Part shown: piece by piece, positions 1 to 7,684 of the stretch | Layout of the letters: the number at the start of each line of letters is the position of its first letter | Numbering within the stretch: the stretch's first letter is position 1 | Source: Sedimentisphaera cyanobacteriorum | Lineage (GTDB): Bacteria > Planctomycetota > Phycisphaerae > Sedimentisphaerales > Sedimentisphaeraceae | Length of the DNA stretch: 32,000 nt | Reading direction: 5' to 3' | Assembly (NCBI RefSeq): GCF_001997385.1 | Contig: NZ_CP019633.1 | Span: 1,830,001-1,862,000 of the forward strand | The notes under the pieces: generated by a model | Told to the model about the DNA's origin: nothing | The model's input: the letters and a program-made list of their open reading frames with translations, nothing else | Databases searched by the model: none | Position numbers and translations under genes: made by a program

Positions 1-1
1 A

Positions 2-595
2 TTGCTTCCAGCTCTCTCGCTTGTTCGCGAGAAGGCTTCTGTTGCGAGGGTGAATGCTGAGCTCAGGCAGATTGGAATCTGCATTGAGATGTACACAGAA
101 GACAACGGGGGAAAACACCCTCCAACCAGAGAAGACTGCTCGCTCCGCTGGCACGACAATCAGCTCCCGCCAGAGCTGGTTGAAGGAGGGTATCTGCCTT
201 CGCCCGAGGAAAAAAGCGGGATGTCTGCCAGCATTGAAGACCCCTACACCAAAGGGGATACGTACAAATACAAGGCTGTAGGAGAGCTCTATCAGAACGA
301 CAGGTATATGGGCGATTTGAAGAAATCATACCTTTATGTGCCTAAGGGATTCCCCGCAAAAAATCCGGGCAGCAGGCCGGAAAACGACATCAAATACACA
401 AACCCCAACGCATCCCCTGTTACGTGGGTGCTTTACAGCCAAGGGCCGGAATTTGATGAATGGGAGATGATAAAAGAAAAAAACGGCCCCGTGCCAAGGC
501 GCGTGTGGTACGACAGCAAAGAAAGAAAAGGTATGATAGTGCGAATGAAACTAAGAGGCAAACCCTATGACCATATCGGCACATTCAAGGATTAG
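2..595 (+). CDS. Prepilin-type (type II secretion pseudopilin-like) protein; the 5' end lies outside the window
   Basis: The ORF is open to the window edge and stops at 593-595. Its first residues, LPALSLVREKASVARVNAELRQIG, resemble the segment that follows the hydrophobic N-terminal methylation helix of pseudopilin-like proteins (..LLPAL..AREKA......L.QIG..). The rest is a non-repetitive globular domain. The family call is by eye only. Confidence 0.5.
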   Translation: MLPALSLVREKASVARVNAELRQIGICIEMYTEDNGGKHPPTREDCSLRWHDNQLPPELVEGGYLPSPEEKSGMSASIEDPYTKGDTYKYKAVGELYQNDRYMGDLKKSYLYVPKGFPAKNPGSRPENDIKYTNPNASPVTWVLYSQGPEFDEWEMIKEKNGPVPRRVWYDSKERKGMIVRMKLRGKPYDHIGTFKD

Positions 596-1430
596 AGTAA
601 CGGCTGTTTCAATCATTGCTGCGGCGTTTATTCCCGCCCTGCTCTCCGGCTGCGGAGACAAAGAAAAGGAAAAGAGCGATGCGAAGTTTGCCGCTGCTAA
701 TTCATACATCTTTTCGGCTCTCTCGCATATCACAGGGAATCCTGAAGCAACAGTTAATCTCGTTCCGCCCGGGATGTGCCCGGGGCATTTCGATATCTCA
801 CCTTCGCAGGTAAAGGAGCTTTTCAACTGCAGGCTGCTTTTCCTGTTCGATTTTCAGGGTAATATAGAAGATTCGGTGCAGAGGATTTCTCAAAGGGGGC
901 TAAAGCTCAAAAAACTCAAAGCCCCGGGCGGGATGTGCCTGCCCAAAACATACGAAAACATAATATCCCAGCTTTGCAGACACCTCGCGGAAGACAGTCC
1001 CGAAACGGCAGATATGTATGAGCTGAGGGAAAAACAGATCACAGAGAAAATCAAACAGTTCTCAGAGAATACACTTAAAAACTTCAGAGAGGCCGGTCTT
1101 GCAGGCAGAAAGGTAATATGCTCAGAGCACCAGAAGGCCTTCTGCGAGTGGCTCGGGCTGGAGGTAATAGCTTCATTCTCAGGCCGCGATACAGTAACCC
1201 CCACTCAGATAAACGAATGCCTCAAAGCTGCAGAAGGAAAGCAGATTGATTTTGTGATTGCAAACAGGCAGGAAGGAACAAAGCTCGCAGAGGCGATAGC
1301 AAAGAGAATTCAGGCAAGGCCGAAAGTTTTCAGCAACTTCCCCGGTCCGGGAGAAGGTGAAAAATCCTGCCAGACTTACTTCGAGCTTGTCGAGCGAAAT
1401 ATCAGCTCTCTTATGAATGACGGACAATAG
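567..1430 (+). CDS. Metal ABC transporter substrate-binding lipoprotein (ZnuA/TroA cluster A-I type)
   Basis: The signal peptide carries a lipobox (AAAFIPALLSGC). PPGMCPGHFDISPSQVKEL aligns with the ZnuA ..EHDYSLRPSDVKRL motif, and SEHQKAFCEWLGL aligns with FHDAYGYFEKQFGL. The gene is followed directly by a cognate ATPase and an ABC-3 permease. The ATG at 567 overlaps the upstream gene by 29 nt. Confidence 0.7.
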   Translation: MTISAHSRIRVTAVSIIAAAFIPALLSGCGDKEKEKSDAKFAAANSYIFSALSHITGNPEATVNLVPPGMCPGHFDISPSQVKELFNCRLLFLFDFQGNIEDSVQRISQRGLKLKKLKAPGGMCLPKTYENIISQLCRHLAEDSPETADMYELREKQITEKIKQFSENTLKNFREAGLAGRKVICSEHQKAFCEWLGLEVIASFSGRDTVTPTQINECLKAAEGKQIDFVIANRQEGTKLAEAIAKRIQARPKVFSNFPGPGEGEKSCQTYFELVERNISSLMNDGQ

Positions 1431-1432
1431 CT

Positions 1433-2236
1433 TTGGGTGCTGAGCTGAAAATATCAAATCTCTCAATCAGGGCTTCAGGCAGGGAGATACTCAAAGATAT
1501 AAATCTCAGCATCTGCCCGGGTGAGTATGTGAATATTATTGGAGCAAACGGAGCCGGCAAAACTACCCTGCTCAAGGCTGCAGCGGGGCTCAAAAGGCCA
1601 GCCTCTGGTAAGATTTCATTCGACGGGCAGGATATATACGGTCTCGGATGGTGGAAGAAAACAAACCTCCAGAAGAGGATCGGCTATATACCGCAGTCTG
1701 CGGAGTACAATTCTGAGTTGCCCTTCACTGCCGGCGAAGTTGCCGCGATGGGCAGAGTTAGCGCGAGGCGGCTCTTTGAAAGGCTCAAAAGCGAGGATCA
1801 GGCCTGCGTGGATGAATGGCTCGGCAAACTGCATATCAAAGAGCTCAAAAACCAGCCGTTCAGCAGTCTTTCAGGCGGGGAGAAACAGAAGGTGCTGATA
1901 GCAAGGGCTCTCACTCAAAACCCCTCTCTTTTAATCCTCGACGAGCCTTCGGCTAATCTGGATTTCTACTGGAAAAAAGAAATATCAAGGCTCGTAAAAG
2001 ATTTGCAGAAGGCACTTGGGATCACGGTGGTTATGGTATCTCACGAGATCTCAGCAATCCCTCAAGACAGCGATAAAACCATTCTGCTCAGAGAAGGAGC
2101 GCTTGCCGGACAGGGCTCTTCCGAGAAAGTTCTCGCCTCAGAAGAGTTCGAAAAGGCCTACGGACGCAGGCTGAGGCTTTCAGATTCGCAAGCGGATGGA
2201 TTCTTCGAGTTTCCGGGCTTCAAGGCGGAGGACTAA
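1433..2236 (+). CDS. Metal ABC transporter ATP-binding protein (ZnuC/TroB-like)
   Basis: It has Walker A GANGAGKTT, ABC signature LSGGEKQKV, Walker B LLILDEPSANLD and H-loop VSHE. A TTG start lies 2 nt after the binding-protein stop codon. Confidence 0.9.
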   Translation: MGAELKISNLSIRASGREILKDINLSICPGEYVNIIGANGAGKTTLLKAAAGLKRPASGKISFDGQDIYGLGWWKKTNLQKRIGYIPQSAEYNSELPFTAGEVAAMGRVSARRLFERLKSEDQACVDEWLGKLHIKELKNQPFSSLSGGEKQKVLIARALTQNPSLLILDEPSANLDFYWKKEISRLVKDLQKALGITVVMVSHEISAIPQDSDKTILLREGALAGQGSSEKVLASEEFEKAYGRRLRLSDSQADGFFEFPGFKAED

Positions 2237-2238
2237 TC

Positions 2239-3057
2239 TTGGATTCATTCTTCTATTTGGTGATATTTGCAGGAGCGGTGGCAGGAGCGAGCACGGGCTT
2301 TCTGGGCGTTTACATCGTTGGTATGCGTATGCCTTTTATCGGAACGTGCATCTCGCACGCCGCCATGGCGGGAACAATCTTCGCCCTTATTTTTCAGATC
2401 AGCCCTGCACTGGGAGCGATGGCATTTTCCCTGCTCGCTTCCACATCCATGGCAGCGATACCGCCGGAGAAATCAAGGCTTGATACCAACGTAGGCCTTG
2501 CGATACTCTTCTCATTCCTGCTCGGGCTCACTTTCCTCGGCGTGGGGCTTATGGAAAACAGCCGCTCGGAGATGCTCGGGCTTCTCTGGGGAAGCCTTTT
2601 ATTCGTACAGAAGGATTCTGTTGCAGCGATATGCGCAGCGGCAGTGCTGATTGTGATATTTGCGTTTCTTTTCGGCAAGGAAATGAAGGTTCTGCTCTTC
2701 AGCCGGTCAATCGCAGCGGCCACAGGCATACACGAACGCCTCGTTTACTGCATATTTCTCGCAATCTGCGGAGTTACAATTTCCGTGAATCTGCAGATTG
2801 TGGGCGGGCTTATGGTTTTCAGCCTCATCACCAACCCAGCAGCGGCGGCATATCAGGTCTGCAGCAGACACAAAACCGTAATCATTGCTGCAAGCTGCTT
2901 TGGTATGCTCTCAACGGTTCTGGGTTTTTTGGTGTCGTACTGGTTCGACCTGCCCTCAGGGGCATGTATAGTGCTTCTCAGCACGGCAGTATTTGCCGGA
3001 GCGGTAGGCTGGAGAAGGATAAGCGAATCGGGCAGATTCCAGAAAGCGGGACGATAA
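2239..3057 (+). CDS. Metal ABC transporter permease (ABC-3 family, ZnuB/TroC-like)
   Basis: This is a 272-aa polytopic hydrophobic protein with several predicted TM segments and the length and composition of ABC-3 permeases. It starts 2 nt after the ATPase stop and is the third gene of the operon. Confidence 0.85.
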   Translation: MDSFFYLVIFAGAVAGASTGFLGVYIVGMRMPFIGTCISHAAMAGTIFALIFQISPALGAMAFSLLASTSMAAIPPEKSRLDTNVGLAILFSFLLGLTFLGVGLMENSRSEMLGLLWGSLLFVQKDSVAAICAAAVLIVIFAFLFGKEMKVLLFSRSIAAATGIHERLVYCIFLAICGVTISVNLQIVGGLMVFSLITNPAAAAYQVCSRHKTVIIAASCFGMLSTVLGFLVSYWFDLPSGACIVLLSTAVFAGAVGWRRISESGRFQKAGR

Positions 3058-3218
3058 GATAATGTTTTTATGCTTTGTTTAAACCACGAGCAGCGCTGAG
3101 ATATTTCAGCCACTGAGCGGCGGCAAGAAGCATTAAGGGATATTTTTAGACAGAATTTTTAAAGTTCAAGGCAATGATAAGGGGAAAGTTTTTCTCCTGC
3201 AGCTGCCGCTAACTCAGA

Positions 3219-3410
3219 TGTTTAACATCCCCCGTACTACAGCGGAGTTCGCCGTGGCGGACCCGCTATGCATTCTTTTAGAAAAGATTATTCGCTTATG
3301 ATTTTGCCACTTGCCGCTCGCCGCTAATCTTCACTAATTCCAATAAAATATCGTTTTTTCGTGGTATAATCCAAATAAAATCTGTGCCATCAGTGCCATC
3401 TGTGGATAAT
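3219..3410. repeat. Copy 1 of a ~195-bp intergenic direct repeat, with 3 heptamer units
   Basis: It aligns base-for-base with 3784-3982, at offset 565 and then 572. By my count there are about five substitutions outside an internal GCCRCTN heptamer tract. That tract has 3 units here (3306-3326) and 4 units in copy 2. Confidence 0.9.
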
Positions 3411-3783
3411 AAACTTCGCAACGGACTCACGATACGAACATTTATCTGCATTACTCCGATACCTCTCCGCCTGCGGCGGACAGGCTCAATGTTTAACATT
3501 CCTTTTAAATCGGTGGTTAAATTATTCTTAATTGAGGCTGTTTTGCTCATCACCGGCCAGAGAGCTGCCCCGCAATTTGATATTCTCCACTAATGCGGGA
3601 GCTGAAGTTTTTACACAGAGGTATCGGAGGAAGCGGAGGGGAGAATTTTTTGACGGGATTTACAGGATTGACAGGATTTTTCGGCGGGTAATTTTCTTAA
3701 ACCACGAAGGGAGCGAAGGGGCGCGAAGGATTTTTTGTAAGTTGTTTTACAGAAATGCTTTACATTCATAAAAATATCTGCGC

Positions 3784-3982
3784 TGTTTAACATTCCCCGT
3801 ACTACAGCGGAGTTCGCCGTGGCGGACCCGCTAGGCATTCTTTTAGAAAAGATTTTTCGCTTATGATTTTGCCACTCGCCACTCGCCACTTGCCACTAAT
3901 CTTCACTAATTCCAATAAAATATCGTTTTTTCGTGGTATAATCCAAATAAAATCTGTGTCATCCGTGCCATCTGTGGATAAA
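3784..3982. repeat. Copy 2 of the ~195-bp intergenic direct repeat, with 4 heptamer units
   Basis: The evidence is the same alignment as for 3219-3410. The heptamer tract gccactc gccactc gccactt gccacta lies at 3871-3898. The ORFs called across it (3611..3889, 3863..4159) are translations of the repeat. Confidence 0.9.
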
Positions 3983-4355
3983 AAATTAAATCAAACCATA
4001 TCCCCTTCGTGTGTTTCGAGGGCTTCGCGGTTTATAAAAAAAGCAATGAGTTATTCACCGCTCAAAGGGGCATGCAAACCTTGGCGGGATTTCTTACAAC
4101 TTAAAACAGATCACTTCCAAAGTAAATTTATCGATGTAAGACCCGTTAATGCGAAATAATGGCAAGCCTGCTGATATGCCTGAAGCGGTAATTGCTCTGG
4201 CAGGTATTGCAAACAGCGGAGCGGGCTGAATTATGCCCAATATAGGGGGGCGTTTGCGTAATTATCAGGCAGGGCGAACGAATATATATTATGAAATACC
4301 GACCAAAATCTGCAAATGAGTATGATTGGCTCATAAGCAAATTAGTCCTGAAATC

Positions 4356-4390
4356 TCAAGAAAAAGGGCTGCAAACTATAATGCAGCCCT
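4356..4390 (-). terminator. Rho-independent terminator of the 61-aa ORF
   Basis: On the minus strand the stem AGGGCTGCA / TGCAGCCCT (4365-4373 and 4382-4390) has an 8-nt loop. It is followed by TTTTTCTT, about 40 nt after the stop codon at 4430-4432. Confidence 0.7.
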
Positions 4391-4429
4391 TATATGATAA
4401 ACAAAAGGAAAGTACTGCAACGACTTATC

Positions 4430-4615
4430 TTAGTGAGAATAATCGTGCTTCAGCACCATATCAATCTCATGGTCGTGGCAGAGGTGGAACATGTTGCCGT
4501 AGAACATCTTTTTAGTCCGAGGTCGATAGCCGACCATATCTACGCCGTCTCTAACTTCTGTACGCCATCCGGACTTCTCAAGAGTCTTGGTTACTTTCTG
4601 TTCCAGTGCATCCAT
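4430..4615 (-). CDS. Small hypothetical protein (61 aa) with a His/Cys-rich C-terminus and a weak HicA/YcfA-like N-terminal motif
   Basis: A strong Shine-Dalgarno GGAGGTGA (4619-4626) ends 3 nt before the ATG, and a dedicated terminator lies downstream. The sequence contains KTLEKSGW, reminiscent of the HicA K.LEK.GW motif, but it lacks the GSH that follows in HicA. It ends with HLCHDHE...HDYSH. No function is assigned. Confidence 0.55.
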   Translation of the reverse strand: MDALEQKVTKTLEKSGWRTEVRDGVDMVGYRPRTKKMFYGNMFHLCHDHEIDMVLKHDYSH

Positions 4616-4655
4616 AGTTCACCTCCGTGAATGAATAATGTTTTTTAATTAACAC

Positions 4656-4703
4656 AAAAAAAACCGCTTCAAGAATAATACTCCTTATTCTCCGAAGCGG
4701 TTT
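4656..4703 (-). terminator. Leader hairpin T2 (terminator or attenuator) just upstream of the 61-aa ORF
   Basis: On the minus strand AAACCGCTTC..(inner AGAATAA/TTATTCT helix)..GAAGCGGTTT is followed by 8 T (plus-strand A run 4656-4663). Confidence 0.55.
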
Positions 4704-4746
4704 GTATTTAACTTTTCTTTTTCGTTCATACGTGTCCCGTTTTACC

Positions 4747-4795
4747 AAAGAAAAAACCCGACTCGCCGGAACTTTCGTCCTGGCTCACCGGGTTT
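4747..4795 (-). terminator. Leader hairpin T1 (terminator or attenuator, or the 3' end of a small RNA)
   Basis: On the minus strand the hairpin reads AAACCCGgtgaGCCAGGAC-GAAA-GTTCCGGCgagtCGGGTTT, followed by TTTCTTT. It is a long interrupted helix capped by a GAAA tetraloop. Confidence 0.55.
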
Positions 4796-4870
4796 CTTCT
4801 ACTGGTTTTTTTACTTTTCTCAACTTGGATAGCCTCTAAATAATGAATCTTCCAAATCTCATTGGATATT

Positions 4871-4899
4871 AATATAGCATATTAAAATCAGGGTTTCAA
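4871..4899 (-). promoter_or_regulatory. Sigma70-type promoter driving the T1/T2 leader and the 61-aa ORF
   Basis: On the minus strand the -35 TTGAAA (4899..4894) and the -10 TATATT (4876..4871) are separated by a 17-nt spacer. The promoter diverges from the purF promoter. Confidence 0.5.
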
Positions 4900-5039
4900 G
4901 CCAAAATTAAAAAATTTTTAACATTTTTTGAACCTTAGCTTAATTTTTTTGTTTTCGCCTGCTTGTACATTGCTGTTTGCCCCGCCAAATTTTTTCTTTC
5001 GAAAAGCCAAATTAACCTCTCACCCGCAGAGGGTTCAGA

Positions 5040-5067
5040 TTGACTTAAAGCATATTTTTCGTAAACT
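5040..5067 (+). promoter_or_regulatory. Candidate purF promoter
   Basis: TTGACT (5040-5045) and TAAACT (5062-5067) are separated by a 16-nt spacer, about 48 nt upstream of the purF ATG. Confidence 0.35.
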
Positions 5068-5115
5068 GTTAGCTCAGGGTTACGGTTCAGTTCATTATAC
5101 TTTTGAGACATATTT

Positions 5116-6564
5116 ATGAGCTACAAGAGAGAAGAATGCGGTGTTTTCGGAATCTGGAACACTGGAAACCCCGCAGAAAAAATATATTTCGGCCTTCACA
5201 GCCTCCAGCACAGGGGGCAGGAATCCGCCGGAATGACTACAACAGACCGCAGTTCACTCAAACATTTCGCAGGCATGGGAACTGTATCTAAGGTTTTTCG
5301 CAAGTCGTCTATGAATATTATCCCCAAGCTCAGCGAAGAGACCTTCGGCGGGATAGGCCATGTTCGCTATTCCACAGCCGGAGCGAGCATGCGTGATAAT
5401 GCCCAGCCAATGGTTGCGGCGTATTCACAAGGCGAGGTGGCCGTGGCTCACAACGGCAACATAACCAACGCCGACATCCTTCGCGAGGAATACGAATCCA
5501 CAGGCAGCATATTCAAAACCACCTCGGACACTGAGATCCTCATTCATATGCTCGCCAAACCCGCCCATATTAACAAGACAGACACAATAGCCCACGTTAT
5601 GAGACATCTCGACGGGGCTTTTTGCGTTTTATACCTCTTCCCCGACCGCATTGAAGCCGCCAGAGACCCTCGCGGGATAAGGCCTTTGAGCATAGGCAAA
5701 TCTCAGGACGGGGCTTGGTGCGTGGCCAGCGAGAGCTGCGCGTTTGATGCGATAGGCGGAAAGCTTGTTCGGGATGTGGAGCCCGGGGAGATCGTTACGC
5801 TAAGTGATGACGGGCTTTCAAGCAGATTTTTCATAGAACCCGGCTCAGTAAAGCCATCTCACTGCATCTTCGAACACGTGTATTTCTCACGTCAGAACAG
5901 CAGGGTTTTCGGGGAGAATGTGCATATTGCAAGGAAAAATTTCGGAGCCCAGCTCGCAATAGAGCACCCCGCAGATGCGGATGTTGTGATTCCTATTCCA
6001 GATTCCGGGACAGCCTCAGCGATTGGATACGCCAATCAGAGCGGGATACCGTTTGATATGGGGTTTGTGAGAAGCCATTATATTGGGCGGTCTTTTATCG
6101 CACCAACCCAGGAGATGCGCGATCTGGCAGTGAGGCTGAAGCTTGCGGTTATTAAAGAGGCGGTAGAAGGCAAGCGGGTGATAGTGGTGGATGATTCAAT
6201 CGTCCGAGGGACTACCACAAGGGGAAAGGTTAGAGACCTGCGCGCTGCGGGGGCGAAGGAAGTGCATATACGCGTTAGCTGTCCGCCGCTGAAATTCCCC
6301 TGCTTCTACGGAGTTGACTTTGCCTCAAAGGAGGAGCTCGTGGCAAACAGGATGGATATGGATGCGCTCTGCCGATACCTCGAAGCAGACAGCATCGGGT
6401 ATCTTTCCGTTGATGGATTGCTCAGCTGCGTAAACCTGCCTCCTGAAAATTACTGCACAGCCTGCTGGACAGGCAATTACAAGGCTCCAACTCACCGCGC
6501 CAGAAGCAAAGATGCTATGGGCAGCAGCCATAAGATGCTTTTTCAGATTGAGGATGTCCGATGA
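5116..6564 (+). CDS. purF: Amidophosphoribosyltransferase (Fe-S type, with a short propeptide)
   Basis: The N-terminus MSYKREECGVFGIW carries the Ntn catalytic Cys after a propeptide. The protein also has the glutamine amidotransferase class-II core (VAHNGNITN) and the PRTase loop VIVVDDSIVRGTT. Cys residues in CPPLKFPCFYG and CTAC match the Bacillus-type 4Fe-4S ligand pattern. Confidence 0.95.
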   Translation: MSYKREECGVFGIWNTGNPAEKIYFGLHSLQHRGQESAGMTTTDRSSLKHFAGMGTVSKVFRKSSMNIIPKLSEETFGGIGHVRYSTAGASMRDNAQPMVAAYSQGEVAVAHNGNITNADILREEYESTGSIFKTTSDTEILIHMLAKPAHINKTDTIAHVMRHLDGAFCVLYLFPDRIEAARDPRGIRPLSIGKSQDGAWCVASESCAFDAIGGKLVRDVEPGEIVTLSDDGLSSRFFIEPGSVKPSHCIFEHVYFSRQNSRVFGENVHIARKNFGAQLAIEHPADADVVIPIPDSGTASAIGYANQSGIPFDMGFVRSHYIGRSFIAPTQEMRDLAVRLKLAVIKEAVEGKRVIVVDDSIVRGTTTRGKVRDLRAAGAKEVHIRVSCPPLKFPCFYGVDFASKEELVANRMDMDALCRYLEADSIGYLSVDGLLSCVNLPPENYCTACWTGNYKAPTHRARSKDAMGSSHKMLFQIEDVR

Positions 6565-7625
6565 GTGGCTATCTCACCTACGAATCTTCCGGCGTGAATA
6601 TTGAAGCCAACGATGAGATGGTAGAGCGGATTAAGGGCTCTGTAGGCTCTACGTTCGGGCCGAGAGTGATGGATTTGCACGGAGGCTTTGCCGGGCTTTT
6701 CAGCCTTGAAGACAGCGAGAAATTTGCCAAAAACTACAAAAATCCCGTCCTCGTTTCATGTACCGACGGCGTTGGCACTAAGGTTCTGCTGGCAAAAGAT
6801 ATGGGCAGGTTCGATACTGTGGGGCAGGATCTTGTGGCGATGAGCGTTAATGATATGATTGTTCTGGGTGCTGAGCCGCTGTTCTTCCTCGATTACCTCG
6901 CAGCAGACAAGCTCAAACCTGAGAAGGTGGCTGTGCTGGTGGAGGGGATAGCCTCTGCCTGCCGGGAGGCGGGATGCTCGCTCATTGGCGGGGAAACAGC
7001 AGAAATGCCAGGGATATATGCCAAAGATGATTTCGATATGGCAGGGTTTGCAGTGGGGGTTGTGGAGAAAGACCGAATTGTGAAAGGCCAAAGCGCCGAG
7101 CCCGGCGATGTTATAATCGGCCTATCCTCTTCAGGCGTGCATTCCAACGGCTATTCTCTTGTGCGCAATATCTGCTTCAATAAGGCAAGGCTCACGCTGG
7201 ATTCCCGGATTGATTCGCTTGGGGCAAAGAAGCTCGGCGATGTTCTTCTCGAGCCCACAAAGCTATATGTCAAGCCTGTTCTTGCAGTGCTGGAAGAGCT
7301 TGCTGCAGTCAGCGAGGTGAAGGCAATGGCGCACATCACCGGCGGCGGGCTTGCGGGCAATATACCCAGAGTTCTGCCGGAAAACTCAAAGGCGGTAATC
7401 GAGAGAAACAGCTGGGATAAGCCCGATATCTTCCCGTTCCTTCAGAAAACCGGGCCTGTGGAGGAAAGCGAGATGTACCGTGTGTTCAATATGGGTATCG
7501 GCTTTGTTATGGTTTTAAGCCCGCAGAAAGCTGACAGGGCTGTTGAAATTCTTAGCGAGAACGGCGAAAAGGCTTGGAAAATCGGCAATATCCGCGAGGG
7601 CAGCAGAGAAGTTGTAATAAAATAA
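6561..7625 (+). CDS. purM: Phosphoribosylformylglycinamidine cyclo-ligase (AIR synthetase)
   Basis: The motifs SCTDGVGTK, DLVAMSVNDM, GGETAEMPG, SSGVHSNGYSL and AHITGGG are typical of PurM. Its start overlaps the purF stop in an ATGA. Confidence 0.95.
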   Translation: MSGYLTYESSGVNIEANDEMVERIKGSVGSTFGPRVMDLHGGFAGLFSLEDSEKFAKNYKNPVLVSCTDGVGTKVLLAKDMGRFDTVGQDLVAMSVNDMIVLGAEPLFFLDYLAADKLKPEKVAVLVEGIASACREAGCSLIGGETAEMPGIYAKDDFDMAGFAVGVVEKDRIVKGQSAEPGDVIIGLSSSGVHSNGYSLVRNICFNKARLTLDSRIDSLGAKKLGDVLLEPTKLYVKPVLAVLEELAAVSEVKAMAHITGGGLAGNIPRVLPENSKAVIERNSWDKPDIFPFLQKTGPVEESEMYRVFNMGIGFVMVLSPQKADRAVEILSENGEKAWKIGNIREGSREVVIK

Positions 7626-7684
7626 TCACTTACTGCTGCATAAGCTGTCGGGTTATGCATATTTGGCCGTCCGAAACAATTTTT

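Noticed and set aside
3219-3982. Possible CRISPR array or mobile element
   Set aside because: There are only two long (~195-bp) repeats with one spacer, no cas genes, no transposase and no terminal inverted repeats or target-site duplication that I could identify.
3296-4159. Five overlapping ORFs of 69-98 aa on both strands in the non-coding island (3296..3553, 3384..3593, 3532..3771, 3611..3889, 3863..4159)
   Set aside because: They are translations of the direct repeats and short iterated motifs (for example SVPSVD and HEGSEGARR). They have no RBS, and the two repeat copies give frame-shifted versions because of the heptamer indel.
4146-4300. A possible structured RNA downstream of the small-ORF terminator (GC-rich stretch ggcaagcctgctgatatgcctgaagcgg...)
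   Set aside because: I could not find a convincing conserved motif for tmRNA, RNase P, SRP, 6S or a riboswitch, nor a stable extended helix. The evidence is insufficient to report.
4616-4870. Assigning the leader to a known riboswitch class (c-di-GMP-I, yybP-ykoY, NiCo, cobalamin)
   Set aside because: I saw only a superficial resemblance (GGACGAAAG..CCGG) to GEMM-I. None of the conserved cores of these classes is recognisable, so the leader is left unclassified.
7574-7684. An N-terminal extension of the methyltransferase (track start 7574)
   Set aside because: It overlaps the purM 3' end by 52 nt, and the residues are Cys/Arg-rich with no similarity to methyltransferase N-termini. I prefer the ATG at 7685.
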